Below, one piece after another: positions 45,727 to 58,400 of a stretch of 64,000 bases of DNA. The position numbers and the translations under genes were made by a program. The first letter of the stretch is position 1, and the number at the start of each line of letters is the position of its first letter. Source of the stretch: a virus; the IMG/VR virus record IMGVR_UViG_3300045988_118866, positions 74,950-138,949 of that record; one strand, given 5' to 3'. Below the pieces are notes generated by a model that was given only the letters and a program-made list of their open reading frames with translations, was not told the origin of the DNA and made no database searches.

Positions 45727-48595
45727 AATCCTCTACCGCCTTTCTTAAAGTATCAATAAATAAAGTATATGTTTCATCAACTGTCTTTTGCAATCCTGCT
45801 ACTTTATTATTATAATTTTTTATACAAGTCTAAATATTATTCTAATTTACATTGTAAAATGGATCGTCTTTAGTAAAATTAGGATTGCTTTTATCTTGCT
45901 CCAATTCTTTAAAATCTTTTAAAACCTTTTTAGCTCTTATCCAATTTTGCTTTAATTGATAAATTGTAGTTGTAATATAATTCTAACCATTAAAAATTCT
46001 ATAAGTAGTTTGATTATCATTTTCAAAAGAGTAAACTACTTCTTGACGTTGAACTGATAATTCGCATAAAACACCTGGATCGATTTCAATAGAAGTAATA
46101 TCAGTTAAGTCTTTAATCTAATATTCATTCTTCTAATCAATACCAATAATTTGTTTATCATCTTCATTTATTCTAATATTACAAGCCCAATTCTTTTCAC
46201 TAACTAATACGCCAGAATCATAAATTTCTTTCTTAGTATATCCATCAATATAGTAATCTTGTTCTTCAATTTGACTTACTAAATAGATATGATAAATTAA
46301 GGTAGGATCAAAATCTACACGTTTAATTTCTATAGAATGATCTTTTTCTCCCTCTTCTTCACTAATTGCTCCGCCGGGAGTTGTATAAAAATTAACTTTA
46401 TTACTTGTATATAATTTCTATACATCACGCTTAGTAAAACGCAAGAAATAAATCTATGTTACTTTGTATTTAAAATCATCATTATAAAGATTTAAAATAT
46501 TGCCTTCAGTTCCATAGTATTGTTCTAAAGGCAAATCCGCAACTTGAATATCATTAATAGTATCAAACTTACTTGCCTGCTTACCATAATAAGAATATAC
46601 AATAATTCCTTGCTATAAGCCCACGTCAGATAATTCTACTACTTTAACACTATAAATTGGAGCAACGTGATCTATCAAGTAAGCACCTGTAATACCAATA
46701 ATGATTTCTTCTCCATCAATACTGAATTTATCTCCAGGAGCAAAACCTTCAAATCGAATCGTTATCGCGGGAGAATTAGCTAAAATATCTTTGGTCTATA
46801 AACTATAGTGATTTCCATTATAAAGCAATTCAAACATAGGATAAAAACTTAATGTTTGTAATAAATTATCTAAACAAGTTTGTTTATTTGCTTGTAATTT
46901 ATTAATTTCTGCCTAAGTTAAATTTTCATCTTTTAAATTATCAATATAGGTATTTACATCATCAATATAGCCATTAATTTTATACCATCCATCAAAAGAT
47001 ACACTATCCCATTTAAGAATTTCACTTTCGGGTGGATCCGCATCAATAAATCCATAAGTAGTAAGATTATCAAAACTAACTTTATCAATCTCATAGGCAG
47101 TTCCGCTAAATGTATGAAGCATACGACCTAATTTATCTTCTGGACTTAAACTTACATTTAACAAACGCACAATAAAATTTCCTTCGGTTGGAGACTTAAA
47201 TAATTTAGGTTCTCCATCAGTTAAAAATTCTAAAGCTTTAGTTTTAAATTGACGCTCTATATTAATATTATAATCAGTTAAATCAGTTGATGTGAAATCC
47301 TTAATTTCATCATCACCTAATTTACCTACAAATAAATGGTCTTCATCCATAAGGTGAGAAATTAAACCACTTATAGGAAATTCGTGATAATAGGTGTTTC
47401 CATTCCTAAAAATATAAGGATATTGACTTCCAATAGTATCAGTTTTACTTTCAAGAGTATTAATTTTAAAACTACTTACTTTTGGATTAAATCTTATTTT
47501 TAATAACTATCCATTACTATATAAGAAGCTATCTTCAAAAATACTATATACAGTATTAGAAAAGATTTTATTACTGCGGACCGCAGTTTCATCGCTATAT
47601 TGCTACACCGCATATTGATAACTAAATCCATGCTCGACAGTAAAATCTCTATATAATTCTCTTGATGGAGTTTCACCAACTAATTTAAATTTTAATACTG
47701 TATTCCAAGTATTGAAATCATCTTCGCTACTGGCTCTTAATAAAGCAAAAGCCCCAGTAGCAGGAATTTCTAACCCTGTTTTTTTATCGCGGATTCCATT
47801 TAAATTAATTTTTACATATCCATTATTTTCATCCATGACCGCTGAAAGTGTTGCTTGTAATTCTGGATTAATAGTTTCTCTATTAACGATTTGGTATCTA
47901 ACGCTTTCTGCTTCATAATTATTAATAGTAGTTATAGAGTATTGAATAAAATAATTTTTATTTTTTTGTAATTCTTTATTTAATTCAAAACTATCATAAC
48001 TTTCATTTAATTCTGTATCATTAATTGAATTATGTAATTGTTCTCCACTATCCGCAAAAATATTGCCATTTTCATCATATACTTTAAATCTATATGAATA
48101 AACTTTTTCAGTAATATCATCATTTTTTTCTTTTTGGCTATATACTCCAATAAAATTTGTTTTATTTATTCCTACTAAATTATCTTCAAAACCTTTTATA
48201 TAAACCGCGGGCTTAGTCGTACATTTAGCAATACCAACTGTAGAATAATATCCGACTACTCCATTGGTATTAATATATGCTAATTGAATTTTATAAGACT
48301 ATCCTGGATTCAATTTATATTGAATAGGTTTTCCATTATTAGTAATTGATTTAAGATTTATATTGAAAGTAATAGACCCTTGTTCCAAGCAACCGCGGAC
48401 TTTGCTTGGAGTAAAATCCGCGGTTGTTCCCTAAGCAATTACTACATTACTTGATACTGTTTTAATTATATAACACAATCCTGAAACCTCTACCATACTA
48501 ACTGCACGGTTCATTTGAAATGGAATAGTAATTTCCTATCCAACAAATGCTGGTAAAGTTCCAGATATAATAGGTGGATATAATTTATTAACCAT
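45704..48595 (-). CDS. large tail structural protein (963 codons), candidate distal-tail/baseplate component
   Basis: ATG at 48595 follows RBS ggaggg. Scanned open to the TGA at 45704. Contains pieces 47603..47836 and 46913..47350. Confidence 0.55.
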
Positions 48596-48596
48596 T

Positions 48597-48773
48597 TTAT
48601 CCCTCCTAATTATTTTCGTTATTCTTCTCCTCTTGAAGATCTACTAATCTATTCGTAAAATCTCTTAGTTGTTTTAAACACTCTCCCATAAGAATAGTAT
48701 CTTCTCCTTTAGTTGTTACTAAAGAGAGAGTATTATATAAAACCTTTAAAAAATTAATATCTCTTTCATTCAT
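48597..48773 (-). CDS. small hypothetical protein (58 aa)
   Basis: ATG at 48773 follows RBS aaaggagaaaaagg. One TAG; TAA at 48597. Confidence 0.35.
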
Positions 48774-48790
48774 TTTCCTTTTTCTCCTTT

Positions 48791-51700
48791 TTAACCAGTA
48801 ATTTCTTTTCCATTAACTGTTAATGAACCAATTATTTTTACTTCTCCCTGTAAATAAACAGATGTATCAGACACATTTAAAGCACTTCTTCCAGCGGATA
48901 AACCCGCGATAGTGCCGTCTAAATATACTCGAGGCTATCCATAGCCCGTTTGCCCCCAATAATGCAAATAGACATTTCCAGTTTCTCTTTTATAATTAAG
49001 AACTTCACCAACATATGATAGTCCACTAATAGCTTCATCAGCTTTACCCTAAGCATCTGCTATATCTTGAATCCATTCCGCTGATGCTTCAGTAAGATCT
49101 TTAGCTTCCTTGGCAGCTTTACTAGCTTCAGCTGCTGTACTTCCAATCTTATTCAATATATAATTTAAACTCTAATTACCATAGGTCCAAGTAGATCCAA
49201 CTACACCATTATAATTAATAATAATATCATCTTTAAATGTCCCACTGTTCACAGTAATATTATTTGTTGTAATATTTCCTGTGTTCAAATTAAAATAAGT
49301 GCCAGTATTAGTGGAAGCATTATAATTTTTTGACTATAAATAATAAGTGCTAGCTCCAACACTTAATAAAGTAGTTGGTGTCTAATTACTATTTTCCACG
49401 GGGGTATTTATTTTTAAAAAAGGCTCATCTTGACTTAATAAAAAAATACTCTTTTTATTTTTTTGACCGTCTATTTTACTATCTTTTAAATCAATTAAAA
49501 GACCATTGCCATTATTATAACCTTCAGATTTTATCTAACTATTATCTCCATTTATCTCAATTCGCCCATTTCCAGATTTACCAAATGTTGCAGTTCCATC
49601 ATCTTTTAAAGCATAAACCTACTTACCTTGATAATATCCATAAACACCAGTGTTTTTACTAAGGCTGCTATCAGCATTACCATCACCAAAAGATCCCATT
49701 AAAACACCAGTAAATGTATTATTATTTTCTTTCTTGCCGGCTGCGATCTAAGCAACACCAATAAAATTATTGCTATCATCTATATTTAACTATCCATCCC
49801 ATTTATTTACCATCGCTGATGGATATTTATTCTAAATAACTAAAATAGGTTGGCTCCAAACTACATTACCACTCTATTTTCCTTGAACTCCATAAGTGCT
49901 TACACCATCAACATAAAAATTCATAGGACTTAATCTATATTCTTTTTTCTTCTCATTATATTTAATCTAACCAATAAATTTATCTGTAGATCCAGTAGGA
50001 TAAATATCCCAAGTCGCATTATTATCTACTTTACCATTTTCAAATAATTTATAAGGCTCTTTAGAAAATACAGGTTCGCCATTACTTAAATAAATTACTT
50101 CAGTTGGGCCATTTATATAAGCATTATCTTTAGTAGTAATGGAAACTGGATAATAAGCAGTTAAATCATAGTCTCCCCAACCAGATAATGTCACCTATAA
50201 AATAATTAAATTATTCATTATAGAATTTGTGGTATTAACGCTTAACTTACAACTCTATTCATTTTCATTATTTAAATTAACATTATTAATCGTTGAACCG
50301 TCCATAAATTTCCAAGTCCATTTACAATTATTAAAATTAGTAACCTCTTTACCTTCATTATCATATAACTAAGCCTTGAAAATATATTTATCTCTCACAC
50401 CACTTCTAATAGCAGTAAATACTTTATTATTTAAATTTTCGTGAGCCACCATATCAATTACTAAAGTACAATCAGTACCATTAGTTCCCGCCTATCCAAA
50501 AGTAAAATCCTTGATAGCAGTATAAACAATACCATCTTTTTCTACTTTAGCAATTACAGTATTATTAGATTTATTAGCACTATAAAAAGTATTAATAGTA
50601 TAATCTAAAGAAAATTCTCCAGAAGATACATTAACATTTTCATTAGTTAAATCAATTACAATTTCTTTATAAGTGGCATCAGTTCCATCATCTTTAATCC
50701 CAAAATTAAGCATAGTATTTTTAATAGGAATCTGCCAAATTACTCTCTATGCTTCAACTAATTTACTTTCTCCATTTTGATTTTTACCAATTATACCATT
50801 AGTAATAGCATAAGTCTTAGAATCAAAATGTAAAGTTAATTTACGACTAATCTTTCCATCTGATCTATTCATCAAATAATTAGCCTAATTATAAATTAAA
50901 TAATTACCATTAGTCTAATCTTCACAGTGAATAGACAAAGCATTTAAACTATCAATAGTCGCATCATTAGGAACTTGTTTCTCATTATTAAAAGTAATTA
51001 TATTACTTCTATAAACTTTTCCATTATATAAAATAATTACTTTAACTTGTTCTTGATTTTTATTAGAACGCGGTTTTAGCTAATAAAAGAAATTATTTTT
51101 ATTATCTTCAATCGCAGTCCAATAGACACCAGAATATTCATCAGCAGACGGTGCTCCAAATTCATACATATACCAACGAACTTCAAAAGTATCATCTTTT
51201 TTATGTTCGGTTATTTGAACTCTATTGCCATCTTCATCAAAATGGACCCATTTCAATTTAATGGTTTTAGAATCAATCTAACCTTTATCATCAATTACAT
51301 AGGTACTTCCATCTAATGAATATAATCTTACATATTCATTTTCAATTTCATCAGCGGAAATGCCTAATCCCATATATATATCTTTTACAAAAATATTATT
51401 AGGCGGGACTGACATATTAAAATCATTAATATAACTAATTAAATCATTATTGCTATCTTTAAAATTACCTTTTTGATAAAGGTATATTTTTATATTATAT
51501 ATTTTTGCTACCGCACTTGTATCAATAACAATCTCTTGAGAATAATATCCTTCAAAATTATAAGGATTACCATACATATCATTAGTATCTAAATCAATAG
51601 ATGCTATCAAAGGAACTTCTCCATTATTTTTGATACTTGCTTCTATCTTTTTAATATTATCAGCGGTATCGTCTTTTATACCATATATATTTAATTTTAA

Positions 51701-52240
51701 TCCATAATTACCACTAACTATACCGAGCGTTTCAAGCCAGGCACGAAAATCGGCGCGCAGCCCCAACCGCGTAAATCCCTATTGCTCATCAGTAAAAGTA
51801 ATTCCACCTTTTAGAGTAATCTCAATTTCTTTTTCACTACCATTGGCTAAAATACTCCAAACCTCTTTATTATTATCTTTAGCAACAAAAAAGTTTCCAG
51901 TTAAATCAATAAAAGTATTAAAAGGATTAACAAAATTATATGGCTTATCTTCATTTTTATCAGTCTTTTTACCAACAATAAATTTAGTGCTATTATAGTC
52001 TCCTTTTGGAATCTATACATACACTTTATCATCTTTGTTGTAAGTGGTTATTTGGGAATAAGCATAAAATTCCGCATAAGATTCGTTTTTAACCTTATAC
52101 TTACCAATAAGTTTATCAGTCGCGTCAATAATAGTACATTCAATAGTGCTATCAAATTTAACTTTATCAACACTTGAATTAGCAATAATACTCATTGCTT
52201 GACATAAACTTTCTTGAATATTTAGTGCGTTATCAGCCAA
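48791..52240 (-). CDS. large tail structural protein (1149 codons) immediately downstream of tape measure
   Basis: TTG at 52240, 6 nt after RBS aaaggaggg, with TGA upstream. Scanned open to the TAA at 48791. Contains pieces 52013, 51278, 50492 and 49967. A local GC-rich stretch at 51721-51780 encodes LGLRADFRAWLETLGI. Confidence 0.55.
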
Positions 52241-52322
52241 AATAATCCCTCCTTTTACTCATTACTCTATAATTTTCTAAAAAATTAATTAGTTTTATTC
52301 AATATAATTACCCAAAAAGAAA

Positions 52323-52362
52323 AAGGGTGAAGCCTATAAGACCTCACCCTTAATTTTATTTT
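52323..52362. terminator. hairpin agggtga-agcctataagacc-tcaccct with flanking A/T runs after tape measure gene
   Basis: 7-8 bp GC stem followed by TAATTTTATTTT. Confidence 0.5.
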
Positions 52363-52448
52363 CTATTGGCATACTGAGAAGCTACATTAACTAATGTATT
52401 AAATGCTTCTTGAATTTCGTATCTATCAGTAGCGTTCGGGAAACTAGC

Positions 52449-55400
52449 TTCAATTCTAACATTCTATTCTAATGTTCCATCTTGAGAACTAACAGTAAAT
52501 CCAGAAGATGAAAGAGTAGAAATTTGCTGACTATTGAAATCTAATTGTTTAGCAATCTATCTAACTAATTGGATAGAAGCTAACATATTTTCAGTATCAT
52601 CAGCATTAAGAACTAATTCTTTCTAATGTAAGAATGCTAACTTGCCATCATTGTTCCAAGTACCAGTATAACCACCACTTCTAAATCCGACTAATTGTTT
52701 CCAAACACTATCAGGAATATCAGTGAAATGACTATAAGTTTTTCCATTATAATTAATAGGCAATGCCAATCCTTTACGATAAAAAGCATCAACACGAGCA
52801 GTAGTAGCAGCTTCAACGTCATATCCTCCCCTAATAACGTCTTCACGATTCTGATAATATTCATTATATTTATCAGAACCATATTCAACTTGGCCCATTT
52901 TTTCAGACCAATCAACTCTTGTTAAAGAATTACTACTTCCACTACCAAATCCGCTCTAAGCACGCAATGTCGCTTGAATAGCGTTCAAAAGCTCTTCATA
53001 AGCTCTAATAGTATCAAGCAACTACTAACGATGTTGCGCCCAAGCTTCAGTCGCACTACGGACAGAACTTAACTCATCTTCAAGAGCAGGAATAACTCTA
53101 TTAGATACTTCTTGATAAAGTTTATTACTTTCATCAGTGACATCTTTAACTTTCTATTGAGTATCTTTTAAATCATCACCAACAATTTTACTAATTTCAT
53201 CCATACTATCTTGCCATTCTTTAAATGTATCATTAATAATATTAGTGTTTTCAGTAATAGTATCTTTCCAACTATTACTATTATCTTTAATAATATCAAA
53301 AGAATTTACCCAAGCATCTTGAACTACTCTGCTATCTTCTTCTTGCGCTTTCGCATAAAGGTTTCCAGCAGTAGTAATTAAATCAGTATATTGTTGAATT
53401 ACTAATGCGCGTTCTTGTTGATATGTAGTCTCGCGGTAAACGGCATCTTCCGCGGCTTTCTAATCGAGTTCCGCGAGCTTTTCAGCCAACTCTTTCTCAT
53501 ATTGAAGTTTTTGTTGACCATATTTATTTGTCGCATTAAGACGAATATTATACAAGTCATTTTCCGCGTCTGCTAAAGCCTATTGCGCATCATTTACTTT
53601 CTCTTGGTCTGCGGTATACACATAACCAAAATTACCCTCATTATCACGTTGTAGTCTAACAGTAGATTTTGCGTTTTGAGCTTCTTCTAATGCGATTTGC
53701 GCTTCAAGCACTTTATATTTAGCCTAAGCAATTTCTAATTCTAATTGACTTAATTTATCTTTATCTCTTAACTACTCAATTTCTTTAGTAAATTGCTGAT
53801 ATCTATTTTTAGCCGCTTGATTATTCGTCTTATCAATAGCCTAATTAACATTATTAAGTAGTTTATTCATTTCATAAATCTAATTAGTTTTTGTTAAATA
53901 TTCATCTTGATAAGAAGACATTCTATCTAAAGCATCATTTAAAGCATCCCAGCCAGAAATATTAAAATTATTACCATTAATACTTACTTTAGTGGTACTT
54001 AATTGCTTATTCATTTCATCAGCAGCTTGCTCCATTTTCGTAGTAAGAATTTCTTTTAATGCTTCGCCATATTCTTCAGCTTTAGAAAGCATATCCTCTT
54101 CCGCTTCATCGAACGCAGCTAATATAGCATCGTAATTCTTTTGAAGCACTTCGCGCTCAGCTTCGTCAGTCGAATTAGCTAAGGCCGCGGCCGCTGCATC
54201 ACGTTCACGCTTCAAACTCTCATACCATTGTTTAGAAGCATCAAAATTATTTTTCTTAGTCTAAGCAGTTCCATTCAAAACTGATAAAACTTTATCATAA
54301 TCTTTATCTTTACCTAACAAAGTAATAATAGAACGATAATGATCCAATACACTAGTCAAATGCTCCATATGATCTGTATATTTAGACAATTCATCATTTG
54401 CCAAATCTATGGTATTACCATAGTATTCAAGCATTTCTTTATCTAAATCCTACAAAGCATTTAAATTATCTAATGTGTTATCATATACATCTTGTAAACC
54501 TTCAATATAATTTTCTTGAGAAATTTCTCCATTAGAATAAGCATTGTTTAACTGGCCATAGAAATTTTCATAAGTTCCTAATTGACTAATTACTGGATCA
54601 AATTGACCTTGTAAATATCCAAGAGCTTCAGCAGCTTTATAAATATTATCACTTAATTTGTCAAAATAATATTCTAATTTCTTAGTATCATTTTCGTCTA
54701 ATTGAACCTTTACTTCAACTTCATAAGCAAGCATTTGATAATTTCTGTCTTGCCACTCGTTTATTTTATCTTGAATATCATCAGTTAATTCTTCGATTAA
54801 ATCTCTTGTATCCTCATATTGACTAATGGCATCTTTTAACTCATCAATTTTCTTTTGAATCGGATCTAAAGTTGCTTCTTTATAAGCATCTTGAGCATCT
54901 TTTGTAGAGAAAGAATTTGCTTTGTCCTAAGCAGCCGCAAGCTAATTATAAAGTTTAGTCATCTAATCAGTATAATTAGAAATATCACCATCTTCATCAA
55001 ATGTGAAAGTAATTCCAGCTTTTTTCGCAGCTTGCTACAAAGTAGCTTTATCTGTCTTTAAATAACCCTATGCTTCTTTTTGCTTCTGCTTTAATAAATC
55101 AACTTCTTTTAAAGTTAACTTATTACTTTTAGCCATCGCATCAAGATGAGCTTTACCCCAAAGTCTATCCGCTGATTTATTAGCTTTATCTAAAGCACGA
55201 GTAGTATCGTTGATACTATCAGTTATTTCTTTATACCTATCAACAATATCAGATTTTTTGGACTTACTAATTTTAGAAGGTTTAGAAGAAGAACCTCCAC
55301 TTGATTTCTTCCCCGATGAAGTAGAAGAAGGAGATACTGGTCCTGAGCCTGTAAAGCTAACTTTAGGAGGAGTATTTTTTGCTCCATTAGTAGCAATTTG

Positions 55401-58400
55401 CGCGACTTGAATTGTTTCTGGGACATCAGTATATCCAGATATAGAAGATGTCTAAGTTGAGGAGATTATATTATGATAATCATCATATTCAATATCATCT
55501 AATTTAGTTAATACTTTTGGCTTTCTGCTTGTAATAGTCTTTTCACTTACATCAACATCAGCAGTTAGTCCCATTTGGCTAAGAGTACTATTCATTTCTT
55601 CAACAGACATATTAGTAGCCATAGCCATTTCATTTAATGCATTAACCCAATTATTAGCAGCGTCAGTTCCTCCAGATAGAATTTCTTCTAATCCTTTACC
55701 CGTTAAGTCTTGACCTTCTGCAAGTTTAGCAGAAATTTCATCTAGACCATTTAGAATAATTTCTTTATTATTTTGAAAATTACGGATATATTCTGGTAAA
55801 ATACCTTCATCTTCATTATCACCATAAGTCATGGTAAAATTTTTTTCCGCATCATTAATTTCCATTAAATCAACTGTGGTCTTTGCTACAGCGATACCCA
55901 ATTGGTTAATGGCATCAGTACTACCTTGAGCAGCCTAATTAATTAATTCTAAGTTATCAGCAGAATCGAAAAATTCATCAGGTAATTCTAAATCTTCTGA
56001 AGCACCAGTTAAATCAGCAATAGTTTTAGTTAAATCTTGGATTGTATCAGTATATTCTTTAGTTAATTTTTCTTTATCATCGATTTGACTTTTCTTTAAA
56101 ACAGAATTCCAATTTTCCCAATTGTCACTTAAGTCCTTAACACCATTATTCATTCGCTGATTGGCAATAGCAAGTTTAGTCGCTTCAACTTCAGTTAAGT
56201 CATAAGCTTTCTAAATTCGTTTAGCCTAATCTTCAATATCATCAGCGTCTAACCCATATTTCTAAACAGCATTTTCAGTTAAAGAAGCGACTTCCTACTG
56301 AGCTTTTTCTTCTTCACTTAAAGTATTAACTAAATCTCTTATAATATCTTCTTGCTCGCTCGCTGTTTGATTTACATCAAACATTGCTTCAAGGGCTTGT
56401 CTTGTAGTTTCATCTTCTAAATCCATAGTTTGAACCAAATCATTTAAAAGAGAAATGTCTACATCAGAATTAATATTAGAAGAAATATCTTCACCTAAAG
56501 TATTATTTAAATCTTCTCTAGTAGATTTTTCGGCATCATTTTTAGCCTAAGCACTAGCAATTGCTTCAGCCATTTCTTCAACAGAAATGGTTACTTTATT
56601 ACCATCATCATTATAATACTCAAAAACGCGATTATCTCCACTACCTTGAACTGCATTACTTGTTAAATTATAATTATATCCAGTGGCATCTAAATATTGT
56701 TGCCAATAATCTTTTACTGTATTATTATTTCTTCCAGCCCACTTGGTAAAATCAGTCTTTAAGCCATTTAAAGTAATTCTCTTTTGTTTGGCATAAGCAG
56801 AATCAAAAGTATTAGTAAAATCATTTGCCTATTCATCTGTTATATTATCGCCAAGAACTTGTTTAGATAATAATTTACCAGTATTATCAACCTAATTTCC
56901 TGTTTCTTTAGCATTTCTACCTAATTCTTTTAAATTATCAGAGCATCCCTTTAAAGCGTTAGTAAAATCATTTAAAGAAGTGCCAAGACTTATATTATCA
57001 AATTGCTTAGCATAATCTTCAAAAATTCCATCAATATTTTGAATACCATCAGGAGAATTTATAGTATTTACAATTGCATCAACCATTTCTCCTGCCACTT
57101 TTTTATTTTCCGCATTAGATTCGCCATTAGTGCTATATTTAGATACCACAGAATAAACCTAATTAACCGCTTCTTTTCTATTGGACTAATATTCCATCTA
57201 ACTAACCGCGGCCTAACTGGCCAAAGCAGCTGCCTAAGCGTTATTAGATTTATCACGTTTATCGGCTATAAAAGAGTCAATAGCTTCTTGATTAAATGTA
57301 CCATCTTTATTAAAAAGATTGTCCATTTTAGCTAATTCAGGATAAGTTTCAAGAATATTCCAAATCTATTCATTTACATTTGATAAGGCTTCTTTCCACT
57401 CATCAGTCCCTTTAGTACATTCATTTAATGTATCTATCGCAGTCTAATATTGATCGAAAGCGGAAATAATATTATTTAATTCAGTTTTTGTCTATTGAGA
57501 TTTTTCTTTCAAATTCTCAGCAGCTTCAGTAGCTCTTTGAAGACTTTCTGCTTCAGCATTTGCTGCCTTAGAAACAGCATATAAAGTTCCAATAACTACA
57601 GCACTAATAGCAACAGTAGCAAGAAAAGTTTTATTAGTAACTAATTTAATTGCTCTATTTTTTATTTCTGCTAAAGTATTTTTTTCTACAGCAAGAGTTT
57701 CTTCTTTTTTCTTAGCAGTAAGAATTGTCTAAATAACTATAGCAGCTTCTTCCGTATCAGTGATACCTTTTTGAGCTAATTCATTAAGAACTTTTACTCT
57801 AGTATTTTCATCAGTTGCTAAAGTGTCCTTATTTTTCATTATAATGTCAGTAACCGTTGCAATTACATTTTCACCATAGGTCTAATTTAATTTTTCCATT
57901 GCAGCTTTAGAAGCAAGAATACTTCCTATAAAACCAGACGGACCAAGAACACTACTTACAGTCTAAAAACTATAAACTAAATTTGGTAAAATTAAACCTA
58001 ACTAAGTAAATGTAGCTAATAGTTTATCTCCAAAAGATATATCGGTATCATTTAAAGTATTTATTAATCCTTTAATAGAAGTTAATGCCATACCAAAATT
58101 AGCTATTCCATTAATAGAAGCCGAAAAGGCTGAACCAAGAGTCTAGGATTCGCCCTGCGCGGTTTTAAACCAATCTCCTAACGATTTTGTCGCATTAATT
58201 AATCTCTATTCATCTTCAGTTAAATCTGCAGTGGCATTACCTAAATTATTATAAGAATCAACCATAGCCATAGCCATTTTCATAGCATCTTGAGTTTTAA
58301 ATCCACACTATTCTAATGTTGTAGTTAATCTTTTAATAGAATTAGTATCATCTAATCCAGTTAAAGCATCTCTAAAATCTTGAAGAGTAACATCTCCTTT

